The notes under the pieces were generated by a model. The model did not search any database. It had not been told where the DNA came from and worked only from the letters and a program-made list of their open reading frames with translations. Shown piece by piece: positions 20,243 through 29,417 of a stretch of DNA of 64,000 bases. The stretch's first letter is position 1; each line of letters begins with the position of its first letter. The position numbers and the translations under genes are program-made. This DNA is from an uncultured Acidobacteriota bacterium (GTDB lineage Bacteria > Acidobacteriota > Thermoanaerobaculia > Multivoradales > SZUA-115), in the NCBI GenBank assembly GCA_963805975.1, contig CAWDVR010000004.1, positions 528,977 through 592,976 on the forward strand, in the 5' to 3' direction.

Positions 20243-21619
20243 CTAGCGCGGCGAGTCGGCGCGGGCGCCGACGTCGCTCGCCCGCATGCGGTGCGTGACC
20301 TCGCGCATCAGCGCCACCGTGACCTGCTCGGCGACGGCGGCCTCGCGGAACAGCAGCACGGCGGCCAAGGCCTCGCGCTCGATGTCCAGCGCCTGGAAGA
20401 TCGGCAGCACCTCTTCGGCGATCTGCCGGATCTCGGCGCTCCTGCCCTGGCGGGCGTAGACCTCGGCAAGGTCGAGCGACACCGCGGCCGCCTGGGCGCT
20501 GAGGCCCTGCGCCACGAAGCCGCTGCGTGCGCGTTCCAGGCAAGCCTCGGCCTGCTGTTCCTGGCCCAGGCCGCCGGCGATGATCCCCTGCACCCAGAGG
20601 CGCTTCTGCCGGAGTAGAGGGTCGGCGTAGATCTCGTAGAGCTCGCGGCTCTTGCTGAACAAGGCCCGCGCTTCCATGAAGCGTCCGGCGTCGGCAAGGT
20701 ATTGGATGAGGTTGTGCGCGGTGCCGAGCGCCAGCCGGGGCTCGCGTTCCAAGTCCAGGAGCTTCATCGCCCCTTGCAGGGTGGAGATCGCGCGCTCGGG
20801 ATCGCAGCGCTCGCGGTGGAGGTTGGCGAGGACCACCATGGCCCGGCCTGCGAGGTGGGGGTCGCCTACCCTGCGAAACGAGGCGATGGCGCGCCGCAGC
20901 AGCGGCTCCACCTCGTCCAGGCGCCGCTGGTAGAGATGGAGAGTGGCACGGCGCTGGAGATAGAGCGCCCACTCCACCGGGTCCTCGGTGCCGGTTGCCA
21001 GCAGCTCGCCGGCGCGATCGAAGGCTTCCTCGGCCCCTTGGAGGTCGGTCGCGAGACGCCGGCAGTTGCCGATGTGGACCCAGCAGCGCCCCAGGAGATC
21101 GTTGAGGATCGGCGCCTGGTAGAGCGGCGGCTCGAACCGCTCGGCGATGGCGAGGGCCAAGGTGGCGAGATCCTCGGCATGGCGGGGGTCCGTGGACCAG
21201 GCCTGAGAGCAGCGCTCGATCAGGTGCTGGGCAAGTCCCCAGCTCTGGTAACGCCGGGTGTTGCGAACCAAGACCTGCTGCCGCGCCGGAGGGTGCCGCA
21301 CGAGGTCGGTGTAGAGGAAGGGAGCTTGCTCGCGCTCGCGCTCCAGGCTCTCTTGCCGCTCCGCCAGCATCTCGAGGCTCTTGGCGATCGCCGACTCGTA
21401 GATGTGGCTCTCGGCAACCGGATTTTCCGCCGGCGCCTCGTTGCCGAGCCGGGAGAGGAGGTCCGCGGTCACGGCGCGCCCCTGCGCCGTCGCCTCCACC
21501 TGCTCGCGGCACGTGGGGCAGTGGAACAGGTGCCAGCCCACCTGCACCTTCTCGCGGCGGCCGAGCCGGCCGGAGGCGAAGCGATCCAGGAAGTCCGGGT
21601 CAGGGTGTTCCCTGGGCAT
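20243..21619 (-). CDS. TPR-like repeat protein with N-terminal HxxCxxC zinc-finger-like (zf-HC2-like) domain
   Basis: HPDPDFLDRFASG...WHLFHCPTC, then helical TPR-like repeats; no signal peptide or HTH seen. Confidence 0.8.
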   Translation of the reverse strand: MPREHPDPDFLDRFASGRLGRREKVQVGWHLFHCPTCREQVEATAQGRAVTADLLSRLGNEAPAENPVAESHIYESAIAKSLEMLAERQESLEREREQAPFLYTDLVRHPPARQQVLVRNTRRYQSWGLAQHLIERCSQAWSTDPRHAEDLATLALAIAERFEPPLYQAPILNDLLGRCWVHIGNCRRLATDLQGAEEAFDRAGELLATGTEDPVEWALYLQRRATLHLYQRRLDEVEPLLRRAIASFRRVGDPHLAGRAMVVLANLHRERCDPERAISTLQGAMKLLDLEREPRLALGTAHNLIQYLADAGRFMEARALFSKSRELYEIYADPLLRQKRLWVQGIIAGGLGQEQQAEACLERARSGFVAQGLSAQAAAVSLDLAEVYARQGRSAEIRQIAEEVLPIFQALDIEREALAAVLLFREAAVAEQVTVALMREVTHRMRASDVGARADSPR

Positions 21620-21789
21620 TCAGGCTCCGTATCATCGCTTCAGGATACATCTTCTCCCTCGCGATTGAGAAGGCCGCGATGCAAAGGCATCACGCACCGA
21701 GATCCATCGTGTTCGACGGCGCATTATACGCGCCTTCCCATTTTAAGCCAGCCGCAACTGCTTGCTGGGCTGAAGCACTGCTCTTCTTC

Positions 21790-22077
21790 TTACGGTGCAA
21801 CCCCTCCGAAGTTGGGGCTGACAGTCTGCCTCTCGACGTCGTCGGGGTGCAGGGGCACCGAGTCGTCCGGGTTCCAGGTGCTCCCGATCTTCGAGCGGTC
21901 GTCCTGGAGCCAGCGTCCGACGGGCGACTCGAGCACCCAGGCCATCACGAGCTCCCAGAGGCCGGACTCGAAGGCCGGCCGGCGGGGGGCGGCCCAGGCC
22001 GGTGCGGCCACTGCGACGCAAAGCGCGATCACCAGCGAACCGGCGATCAGTTGACGAGTCGACGAATGCATGGACAT
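21790..22077 (-). CDS. Small secreted peptide precursor (95 aa)
   Basis: AGGAGAG RBS before ATG 22077; Sec signal ending AAPAWA; tail KIGSTWNPDD...HPDD...SPNFGGVAP. Confidence 0.65.
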   Translation of the reverse strand: MSMHSSTRQLIAGSLVIALCVAVAAPAWAAPRRPAFESGLWELVMAWVLESPVGRWLQDDRSKIGSTWNPDDSVPLHPDDVERQTVSPNFGGVAP

Positions 22078-22368
22078 CGGTGCTCTCCTCAGGTTCGGGC
22101 CCAGATTGGGCGAGTAGGTCTGTCCCACTGCCATTCTCCCCTTTTGAGCCGCTCCGAGCCCTCGGTGGGCCTGACGGCATTGCTGGGCGCAGACATTCTC
22201 GGGCGGCAACCACTCGGAGGAGTATAAATCTTTCAGTTACTGCAGAAAGAGCAGAAGCCAACTGAGACATGATGAGCCCTCAACTAGTGAGGAGACACCA
22301 AGGGGCCAATTAGTGACAAACCGGGATCGATTAGCGTGTTTCATCGCGATGATAGACTGCGCCGTCTA

Positions 22369-23016
22369 ATGCTCGTCACCGCTCCCGCCAAGACCCGGAT
22401 CTCCGAAAGCCTCGCCCGGGCGCCGGTCATCGGCGTCGTCCGCGCTGCCTCGTTCGAGGAAGGGCGGGCCCAGGCGGAGGCATTTCTCGATTCCGGCCTC
22501 GAGCTCGTGGAGATCACTTTCACGGTGCCGCGGGCGACCGCCTTGGTGGCCGAGCTCTTGGCCAGGCGGGTCGAAGGCCCCCCCTGGATCGGGATGGGGA
22601 CGGTGACCAACCCGAGCCGGGTCGCCGCGGCCGTGGCTGCGGGCGCGGAGTTCCTGGTGAGCCCCAACGCGGGCCGGGAGCTGCTCGCGGCGGCGCGGGA
22701 GAGCGAGCTGTTTCTGGTCGCCGGGGCGCTGACCCCCACCGAGATCGTGGCGGCGAGCGAGGGCGGCGCCGACCTGGTCAAGGTCTACCCACTGCCGCCG
22801 GTGGGCGGGGCCGGCTATCTGGCGACGATCCGCCAGCCGCTGGGAGATATCGCGATGCTGGCCGCCGGCGGCTTCGGAGTGGACGAGATCCCCGCCTACC
22901 GCCGGGCGGGTGCCGTTGCCTTCGGTCTGGGCTCGCCGCTCCTCGGGGCCGATCGGGAGGAGACGCGGCGGCGCGTCTCGCGCGCCCTCGAGCTGGCGCG
23001 CGGAGAGGAGGCTTGA
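22369..23016 (+). CDS. eda: KDPG/KHG aldolase family protein
   Basis: IGVVR, VEITF, GMGTV, FLVSP, GALTPTEI, VKVYP, AGG. Confidence 0.85.
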   Translation: MLVTAPAKTRISESLARAPVIGVVRAASFEEGRAQAEAFLDSGLELVEITFTVPRATALVAELLARRVEGPPWIGMGTVTNPSRVAAAVAAGAEFLVSPNAGRELLAAARESELFLVAGALTPTEIVAASEGGADLVKVYPLPPVGGAGYLATIRQPLGDIAMLAAGGFGVDEIPAYRRAGAVAFGLGSPLLGADREETRRRVSRALELARGEEA

Positions 23017-23435
23017 TGAGCACGACGACACCCCCTCGGCACGTGGTCTTCGACGCCACGCCCGAGATCTTTGCCAGCGACAGCAACGGCAGCTTCTCGT
23101 TTCCGCTGGTGGTGAGCGGCAACGCCGTGATCCCTTCCAGCGACTATGACGAGGCCCGCTTCGTGGTCTCGATCTGGCATCCTTCCGGCCAGCGCTCGAT
23201 CGATCTCGACCGCGCCTACGTCGAGCTGCGCGCCTGCTTCGATCAGGAAGACCAGCATTGGATCAAGCTCGCCGAGATCGAGCCGGTGGTCCCTCCCTAC
23301 TCCGGCGGCGAGAGCTTCGACGGCTGGGTGGTGCTGCCGGTGATGGCGGCCGAGAGTTCCTTCGCCGTGGTCGGCAGCGGCTTCGACTCGCGGGCGCGGG
23401 TCCAGGTGCGGGCGAGCGTCTACCTCGTGGCGTAA
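23016..23435 (+). CDS. Hypothetical protein
   Basis: Start overlaps the eda stop (TGATG); typical codon usage. Confidence 0.7.
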   Translation: MSTTTPPRHVVFDATPEIFASDSNGSFSFPLVVSGNAVIPSSDYDEARFVVSIWHPSGQRSIDLDRAYVELRACFDQEDQHWIKLAEIEPVVPPYSGGESFDGWVVLPVMAAESSFAVVGSGFDSRARVQVRASVYLVA

Positions 23436-23458
23436 GGCGCGGCGGGGACGAGCGGCGA

Positions 23459-24682
23459 ATGGACCACCTGCAGCTCCTCTCCCGCCTGGCGCAGCCGGCC
23501 GGGACCAAGCTCGTCCTGCTGATCCTGGACGGCGTCGGCGACATCCGTACCGAAGAGCAGCCAGAGACCGCGCTCGAGCAGGCGCACCTCCCCAACCTCG
23601 ACGCGCTCGCGGCGCGTTCCGCCTTGGGCCGCATCGTGCCCGTGGCCACCGGCATCACGCCGGGAAGCGGCCCCGGGCACCTGGCGCTCTTCGGCTACGA
23701 CCCTCTCTCCACCACAGCCGACATCGGCCGCGGGGTGCTCGAGGCCCTGGGCTCGGGCCTGTTCCTCGGACCGGGCGAGGTCGCGGTGCGCGGCAACTTC
23801 GCCACCGCGGACGCCGCCGGGAACCTCACCGACCGGCGCGCCGGTCGCATCCCCACCGCGGAGTGCGTTCGCCTGGTGGAGCGGATGCGGGAGGCGATCG
23901 CCGCCCGGCCGGTCCCCGGCCTCGATGTCCTGATCGAGCCCGGTGAAGGGCACCGCTTCGTGCTCGTGCTCCGCGGGACCGGGCTCTCGGCCGAGGTCTC
24001 CGATACCGATCCGCAGCAGCTCGGGGTGCCGCCGCTCCCGCCGGAGCCGCTGGTGCCCGAGGCCGCCTCCACGGTCGAGCGGCTGCGCCAGGCCCTGCCG
24101 GTGCTCGAGGCGGCGATCGCCGGCGAGCCCAGGGCCAACCGGTTGCTGCTGCGCGGCTTCTCGGTCCTCCCTCACCTGCCGCAGATGAACGAGCTCTACC
24201 AGATGCGGCTGGGGGCGTTTGCCGGCTACCCGCTCTACCGCGGAGTGGCCGGCGCCTGCGGCATGGCGGTGGTGCCCTGCGGCAAGCGTATCGGCGAGAT
24301 CCTGGACACGGTGGCCGAGCACTGGGACGGCTTCGATTTCTTCTTCCTGCACGTCAAGCAGACGGATCAGGCCGGCGAGGACGGTAACCTGGCGGCCAAG
24401 GTCGAGGTGCTGGAGGAGGTCGACGCCGCCTTGCCGCGCCTCCTCGCCCTGGGGCCGGACGTCCTCGCGGTGACCGGCGACCATTCGACGCCGGCGCCGC
24501 TCAAAGCGCATAGCTGGCACCCGGTGCCGCTCCTCCTTTTTTCGGCCGTCTGCTTTCGCGACGACGTGAGCGACTTTTCGGAGCGGACCTGTGCCGCAGG
24601 CCACCTGGGCACCTTCCCTTCGCGCGAGCTGGTGGGCCTGATGCTGGCCAACGGGGGACGGCTCAAGAAGTTCGGCGCCTGA
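23459..24682 (+). CDS. apgM: 2,3-bisphosphoglycerate-independent phosphoglycerate mutase, archaeal type
   Basis: LILDGVGD, TPGSGPGHLALFGYDP, RGNFAT, DRRAGRI, HVKQTD, TGDHSTP, HSWHPVP. Confidence 0.92.
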   Translation: MDHLQLLSRLAQPAGTKLVLLILDGVGDIRTEEQPETALEQAHLPNLDALAARSALGRIVPVATGITPGSGPGHLALFGYDPLSTTADIGRGVLEALGSGLFLGPGEVAVRGNFATADAAGNLTDRRAGRIPTAECVRLVERMREAIAARPVPGLDVLIEPGEGHRFVLVLRGTGLSAEVSDTDPQQLGVPPLPPEPLVPEAASTVERLRQALPVLEAAIAGEPRANRLLLRGFSVLPHLPQMNELYQMRLGAFAGYPLYRGVAGACGMAVVPCGKRIGEILDTVAEHWDGFDFFFLHVKQTDQAGEDGNLAAKVEVLEEVDAALPRLLALGPDVLAVTGDHSTPAPLKAHSWHPVPLLLFSAVCFRDDVSDFSERTCAAGHLGTFPSRELVGLMLANGGRLKKFGA

Positions 24683-24741
24683 GGCTTGGTATCATTGACT
24701 TCCTGGACCGTCTTGGCCCCCTGGAGGGCTTCTTGGCAGAA

Positions 24742-25293
24742 ATGAGTGAGGCTACGGAGAAGAAGCTGTCTCTCGATCTCGACGGCACCGTCCTGGAGCT
24801 GGTCGAGGGGGACATCAGCGACCTCGACATCGAGGCCGTGGTCAACCCTGCCAACGAGTCGCTGAAGCTCGGCACGGGGGTGGCCGGGGCGATCAAGAAG
24901 CGCGGCGGCCCCTCCATCCAGGAAGAGTGCGACCGCATCGGCGGCACGCCGGTCGGCACCGCGGTGATGACCGGCGCCGGCAAGCTCAAGGCCAAGCGGG
25001 TGATCCACGCCGTGGGCCCGCGCATAGGAGACGGCGACGAGGATCGGAAGCTCGCCGCGGCGGTGCGCGCCTCCCTGGCCCTCGCGGACCGCAACGGTCT
25101 GCGCTCGATCGCCCTGCCGGCGATCTCCGCGGGCAACTTCGGTTTCCCCATCGACCGCGCCGCCCGCATCATGCTGACCGAGATCCACCGTTACCTCCAG
25201 GGCGGCACCAAGCTCGAGCGGGTCGTGGTCTGCCTGTGGGGCGACGAGGCTTTCGACACCTTCCGCCGCGAGCTGCGGCGGGGGTTCCGTTGA
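24742..25293 (+). CDS. Macrodomain protein (ADP-ribose binding/hydrolase, YmdB-like)
   Basis: GDI, VVNPAN, GVAGAI, VIHAVGP, PAISAGNFGFP. Confidence 0.9.
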   Translation: MSEATEKKLSLDLDGTVLELVEGDISDLDIEAVVNPANESLKLGTGVAGAIKKRGGPSIQEECDRIGGTPVGTAVMTGAGKLKAKRVIHAVGPRIGDGDEDRKLAAAVRASLALADRNGLRSIALPAISAGNFGFPIDRAARIMLTEIHRYLQGGTKLERVVVCLWGDEAFDTFRRELRRGFR

Positions 25294-25312
25294 AGCTCTC
25301 CGGGCCCGGCTC

Positions 25313-27235
25313 ATGCTCCGCGAGCTGAAGGGCGATCTCGCCGGCCGCCTCGCGGCCCGCATCCGGGACCTCTACGGCCTGGAGCAGCAGGCGTCGCTCG
25401 AGGTGCCCCCGCGGCGTGACCTGGGCGACCTCTCTTTTCCCGGCGCCCTGCAGCTCGCCCGTGCGCTCAAGAAGAACCCGCGGGCCATCGCCACGGAGCT
25501 GGCCGCTGGGCTCGAGCTGCCGCCGGCGGTGGCCGAGCTCAAGGTCGAGGGCGCCGGCTACCTCAATTTCTACCTGCACCGTGGCCCGGCCATCGCGCGC
25601 CTGCTGACCGACGAGGTGGTCGCCCCGGCGCCGCGTGGCGGCAAGGTCGTGGTCGAGCACACCAACATCAACCCCAACAAGGCGGCGCACATCGGCCACC
25701 TGCGAAACGCCGTGCTCGGTGACGTGCTGGTGCGCTGCCTCTCCGCGCTCGGCTATCCCGTCGAGACCCAGAACTACGTCGACGACACCGGCGTGCAGCT
25801 CGCCGACGTGGTGGTGGGCTTCATGGATCTGCGGGGCCTGGGCGCCGCCGCGGTCGAGGTCCTGCCCGAGCCCTTCGACTTCTACTGCTGGGACCTCTAC
25901 GGCGAGGTCGGCCGCTGGTACGAGGAGGACCCCGGCCGTCGCGGTCTCCGGCAGGCCACCCTCCACGGCCTCGAGTCCGGCCAGGGCGAGCGGGCCGAGC
26001 TCGGCCGCCTGGTGGCACGCCGGGTGCTCTCCCGTCACCTCGCCACCATGCGCCGGTTGGGCATCGGCTACGACCTCTTGACGCGGGAGAGCGAGGTCCT
26101 GGCACGCCAGTTCTTCACCCGCGCCTTCGAGCTGCTGCAAGCCTCCGGCGCGGTGCGGCTCGAGGCAGAGGGCAAGAACCAGGGCTGCTGGGTGATGCCG
26201 CTCGCCGGCAGCGAGGAGTTCGCCGGCCTCGAGGACCCGGACAAGGTGATCGTGCGCTCGGACGGCACGGTGACCTACGTGGGCAAGGACATCGCCTACC
26301 AGCTCTGGAAGTTCGGCCTCCTGGGCCGCGACTTCAACTATCAGTTCTGGGACGAGGAGCAGGTCTGGGAGACCGCCGCGGACGGCGCCGCAGACCACCC
26401 GACCTTCGGCGGCGCCAGCCGGGTGATCAACGTCATCGACGCGCGGCAGAGCTATCTCCAGAAGATCGTCCGCGCCGGCCTCGAGTCCCTGGGCCACGAG
26501 ACGCAGGCGGCGGCCTCCGTGCACTTCGCCTACGAGATGGTGGCGCTCTCGCCGGCCACCGCCCGCCAGCTCGGCTTCGCGAGCGAGGAAGAAGGCGAGG
26601 CCGGCAAGACGCTCGAGATGTCCGGCAGGAAGGGCATCGGCGTCAAGGCCGACGACCTCCTCGACCAGTTGATCGCCAAGAGCCGTGAGGAGATTGCCCA
26701 GCGCAACCGCGAGCTCGGCGAGGAGGAGCTGGCGGACCTCGCGCGCCAGATCGCCACCGCCGCGATGCGCTTCTTCATGGTCAAGGCCACCACCACGCGC
26801 ATCATCGCCTTCGACTTCGACGAGGCCCTGGCTTTCGAGGGCGAGACCGGGCCGTACCTCCAGTACTCCTCGGTGCGGGTGCGCAACATCAAGCGCAAGC
26901 TCGGCGAGGCGGGCCTCGCCTCGCGGGTGACGGCAGCCGAGGCCGCGGTCTTGCCGGCCGCCTGCTGGCAAGACGACCTCTGGGACCTGGCGCTCGGCGT
27001 GGCGCAGTCGGCCGAGGTGGTGGAGCGGGCGGCCGACACGCTCGAGCTATCCGCCGTGGCCCGCCATGCCCTGGATCTCGCCCAGCGCTTCAACGCGGTC
27101 TACCACCGCCATCCGATCCTGCAAGAAGAAGACGCCGAGATCCGCACCGCCCGCCTGGCCGCGGTCGAGGTCTTCGCGCGCGGCTTGCAGGCGCTGACCG
27201 GCCTTCTCGGCGTGCCGCTCCCAGAGCGGATGTAG
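25313..27235 (+). CDS. argS: Arginine--tRNA ligase
   Basis: EHTNINPNKAAHIGHLRN (HIGH), RSDGT..Y..KD, MSGRKG, GETGPYLQY, terminal ERM. Confidence 0.96.
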   Translation: MLRELKGDLAGRLAARIRDLYGLEQQASLEVPPRRDLGDLSFPGALQLARALKKNPRAIATELAAGLELPPAVAELKVEGAGYLNFYLHRGPAIARLLTDEVVAPAPRGGKVVVEHTNINPNKAAHIGHLRNAVLGDVLVRCLSALGYPVETQNYVDDTGVQLADVVVGFMDLRGLGAAAVEVLPEPFDFYCWDLYGEVGRWYEEDPGRRGLRQATLHGLESGQGERAELGRLVARRVLSRHLATMRRLGIGYDLLTRESEVLARQFFTRAFELLQASGAVRLEAEGKNQGCWVMPLAGSEEFAGLEDPDKVIVRSDGTVTYVGKDIAYQLWKFGLLGRDFNYQFWDEEQVWETAADGAADHPTFGGASRVINVIDARQSYLQKIVRAGLESLGHETQAAASVHFAYEMVALSPATARQLGFASEEEGEAGKTLEMSGRKGIGVKADDLLDQLIAKSREEIAQRNRELGEEELADLARQIATAAMRFFMVKATTTRIIAFDFDEALAFEGETGPYLQYSSVRVRNIKRKLGEAGLASRVTAAEAAVLPAACWQDDLWDLALGVAQSAEVVERAADTLELSAVARHALDLAQRFNAVYHRHPILQEEDAEIRTARLAAVEVFARGLQALTGLLGVPLPERM

Positions 27236-27244
27236 AGTCCGCGC

Positions 27245-27775
27245 GTGGATGTTCCGCGCGTGACGAGCACCATCGCCCGCTTCTTCGAGCAGCGAGAGAT
27301 CCCTTTCGCCGTGATCGGCGGCCTGGCGCTCCATGCCTACGGTCTGCCGCGTGCCACCTTCGATGCGGACTTTGCTGCCGACGCAGCCAGCCAGGTTGCG
27401 TTGATCGCGTTCCTGGAAGCCCTGGGTTACAGGACCCTTCATCAGTCAGCCGGCTACTCCAACCATCTGCATGAAGATTCCGCCTGGGGCCGGGTCGACA
27501 TGGTCTATGTCCGAGACGCGACCAGCCGGCGGCTCTTCTCCGAGGTTCGCCACCTGGAGCTGCTTCCCGGATTGACCGCGCCGGTGCCTCGCCCCGAGCA
27601 CCTGATCGCGATGAAGGTCCAGGCCATGGCCAATGACCCGGAGCGGGCCTTGCAGGACCTCGCCGACATCCGGCACCTGGCCGCGGTGCCGGGCGTGGAC
27701 CAGGCCCAGGTGCGAGAGGCCTTCGCGAAACGGGGTCTCGAGGAGCGGTACGATGAGCTACGACCCAAAGGCTGA
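27245..27775 (+). CDS. Nucleotidyltransferase-fold protein (DUF6036/AbiEii-like)
   Basis: VIGGLAL..YG.PRAT.DAD, RVD, EHLIAMK, QDLADI. Confidence 0.75.
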   Translation: MDVPRVTSTIARFFEQREIPFAVIGGLALHAYGLPRATFDADFAADAASQVALIAFLEALGYRTLHQSAGYSNHLHEDSAWGRVDMVYVRDATSRRLFSEVRHLELLPGLTAPVPRPEHLIAMKVQAMANDPERALQDLADIRHLAAVPGVDQAQVREAFAKRGLEERYDELRPKG

Positions 27776-27956
27776 GGCGCTCGATCTCGAGCGCGACCTG
27801 CCAACGACCCCCGAGGACGTCGCTGCTCTCCGGGCGGTCCGCCGGCTTCCGGTCTCGGCCGCTGCGTACGAGCAGTTCCTGAGATCGCTGGGCGATCTTC
27901 CCTACGAGGTGCTGCTGGCGCGGCGCGGCCCGCACGGGGAGCCGTTCGACCTCTAA
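27753..27956 (+). CDS. Small 67-aa protein overlapping the nucleotidyltransferase; putative TA partner
   Basis: MSYDPKAEALDLERDLPTTPEDVAALR; ATG inside the 3' end of the upstream gene. Confidence 0.55.
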   Translation: MSYDPKAEALDLERDLPTTPEDVAALRAVRRLPVSAAAYEQFLRSLGDLPYEVLLARRGPHGEPFDL

Positions 27957-29227
27957 GCGCCGGGTTTCTTCTCGAACCTCGCCAGCCCGAAGAACGGGTC
28001 CACGGCACGGTCGCCGAGCACGGTGGCTGCCACCCTCTCGCCCCAGGCGGGGGCGAACTTGAAGCCGTGGCCGGAGCCGCCGCCCACCAGCCAGCAGTTT
28101 TCCGCCCGCGGGTGGCGGTCGAGGATGAAATGCGAGTCCGGCGAGCTCTCGTACTGGCAGACGCGGGTTTCGAGGAGCGGCGCCGCGGCGAGGGCGGGAA
28201 AGCGCCGGGCGAGGAGGTCGCGCGCCAGCCGGAGCGCCTCCGCCGAGGCCACGCGCTCGCCGGCGGTGGGGTCGAAGGCCTCGCCGCGGGTGTCGTCCGC
28301 TACCTTGAAGCCGCGGTGCTCGTTGCCGGGGATGCCGTAGAACAGCCGCTCGCCAACCTCGATCCAGATCGGGAACGACCCCTCCTCGAAGCGCCGGTCG
28401 CCGGCCGGCGAGCCGAAGTAGAAGACCTCCTGTCGCGTGGGACGCACCCGCTCGCCCACGACGTCGGGGAAGAGCCGGCCGAGCCAGGGACCGCAGCAGA
28501 AGACGTAGGCGTCGGCTCCGAGCCGTGAGCCGTCGCCCAGCTCGATCCCTTCCATGCCGCCGCCATTCGCACGGCCGGGCCTCACCTCGGCCTGGCGGTA
28601 CTCGCCACCCGCGGCTACCAGCGCCTCGACCGCGCCGGCGCAGGCGCGGCGGGCGAGCAAGTACCCGGCCTTGGGCTCGTAGAGCGCCCAGCCGATGCCC
28701 TCGAAGCGGATCTGCGGGAAGCGGCGCGCCGCTTCCGCCGTCGAAAGCTCCTCGAAGGGAAACCCCAGCTCCTGGAGGTGCGGCCGCGCGGCGCGTACGA
28801 ACTCGGCCGGGCCGCTCGCCATCCAGAGGGCGCCGGTCGGATGGTACAGGCGGCGCTGCCACCGCTCCTCGAGCTCCTGCCAGAGGGTCAGGGCCTGGGC
28901 GGCCAGCTCGACGTACACCCGGTCGCCGTAGACGCCGCGGATCACCCGCGTCTCGCCGCCGGAGCTCGACCGCGAGTTGCCCGGCCCCCAGGCGTCGACC
29001 AGGGTGACCCGCGCGCCCCGGCGCGCGAGCGCCAGCGCCGTGAAGCTGCCGAAGGCGCCGGCCCCCACCACGACCACGTGACGGCGCGGAGCGTGGGGCG
29101 TTTCGTCGTCGTCGGCCGTCTCCCTGGCAGCCGGCGAAGCCCCACTCCTGCTGGCCACCGCGGCAGGCACCGCTGCGAGCGTGGTCAGGAAGGCACGGCG
29201 CGAGAAGCCCAGCTTGTGTATTCCCAT
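27953..29227 (-). CDS. FAD-dependent oxidoreductase, monomeric sarcosine oxidase-like, with Tat signal
   Basis: SRRAFL Tat motif; VVGAGAFG; SSSGGETRVIR; CQY; GHGFKF. Confidence 0.88.
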   Translation of the reverse strand: MGIHKLGFSRRAFLTTLAAVPAAVASRSGASPAARETADDDETPHAPRRHVVVVGAGAFGSFTALALARRGARVTLVDAWGPGNSRSSSGGETRVIRGVYGDRVYVELAAQALTLWQELEERWQRRLYHPTGALWMASGPAEFVRAARPHLQELGFPFEELSTAEAARRFPQIRFEGIGWALYEPKAGYLLARRACAGAVEALVAAGGEYRQAEVRPGRANGGGMEGIELGDGSRLGADAYVFCCGPWLGRLFPDVVGERVRPTRQEVFYFGSPAGDRRFEEGSFPIWIEVGERLFYGIPGNEHRGFKVADDTRGEAFDPTAGERVASAEALRLARDLLARRFPALAAAPLLETRVCQYESSPDSHFILDRHPRAENCWLVGGGSGHGFKFAPAWGERVAATVLGDRAVDPFFGLARFEKKPGA

Positions 29228-29417
29228 CGTGCCCGCACCCAGGTTCTCGCTGCCCTCAGAACGACAGTCGTAGTCGTCGTTTGTCGTCCGTGTCCCCGCG
29301 AGGCCCGATAGAGTCTAGCTTCAACTCGACTGCCGGACGGAGCCCGCGCGGAACATCCACCGCCGGGCCGCGTAAGGAAATGCAAAAGTCTCGCGGACGC
29401 CCGAGAGGAGAGTCCCC

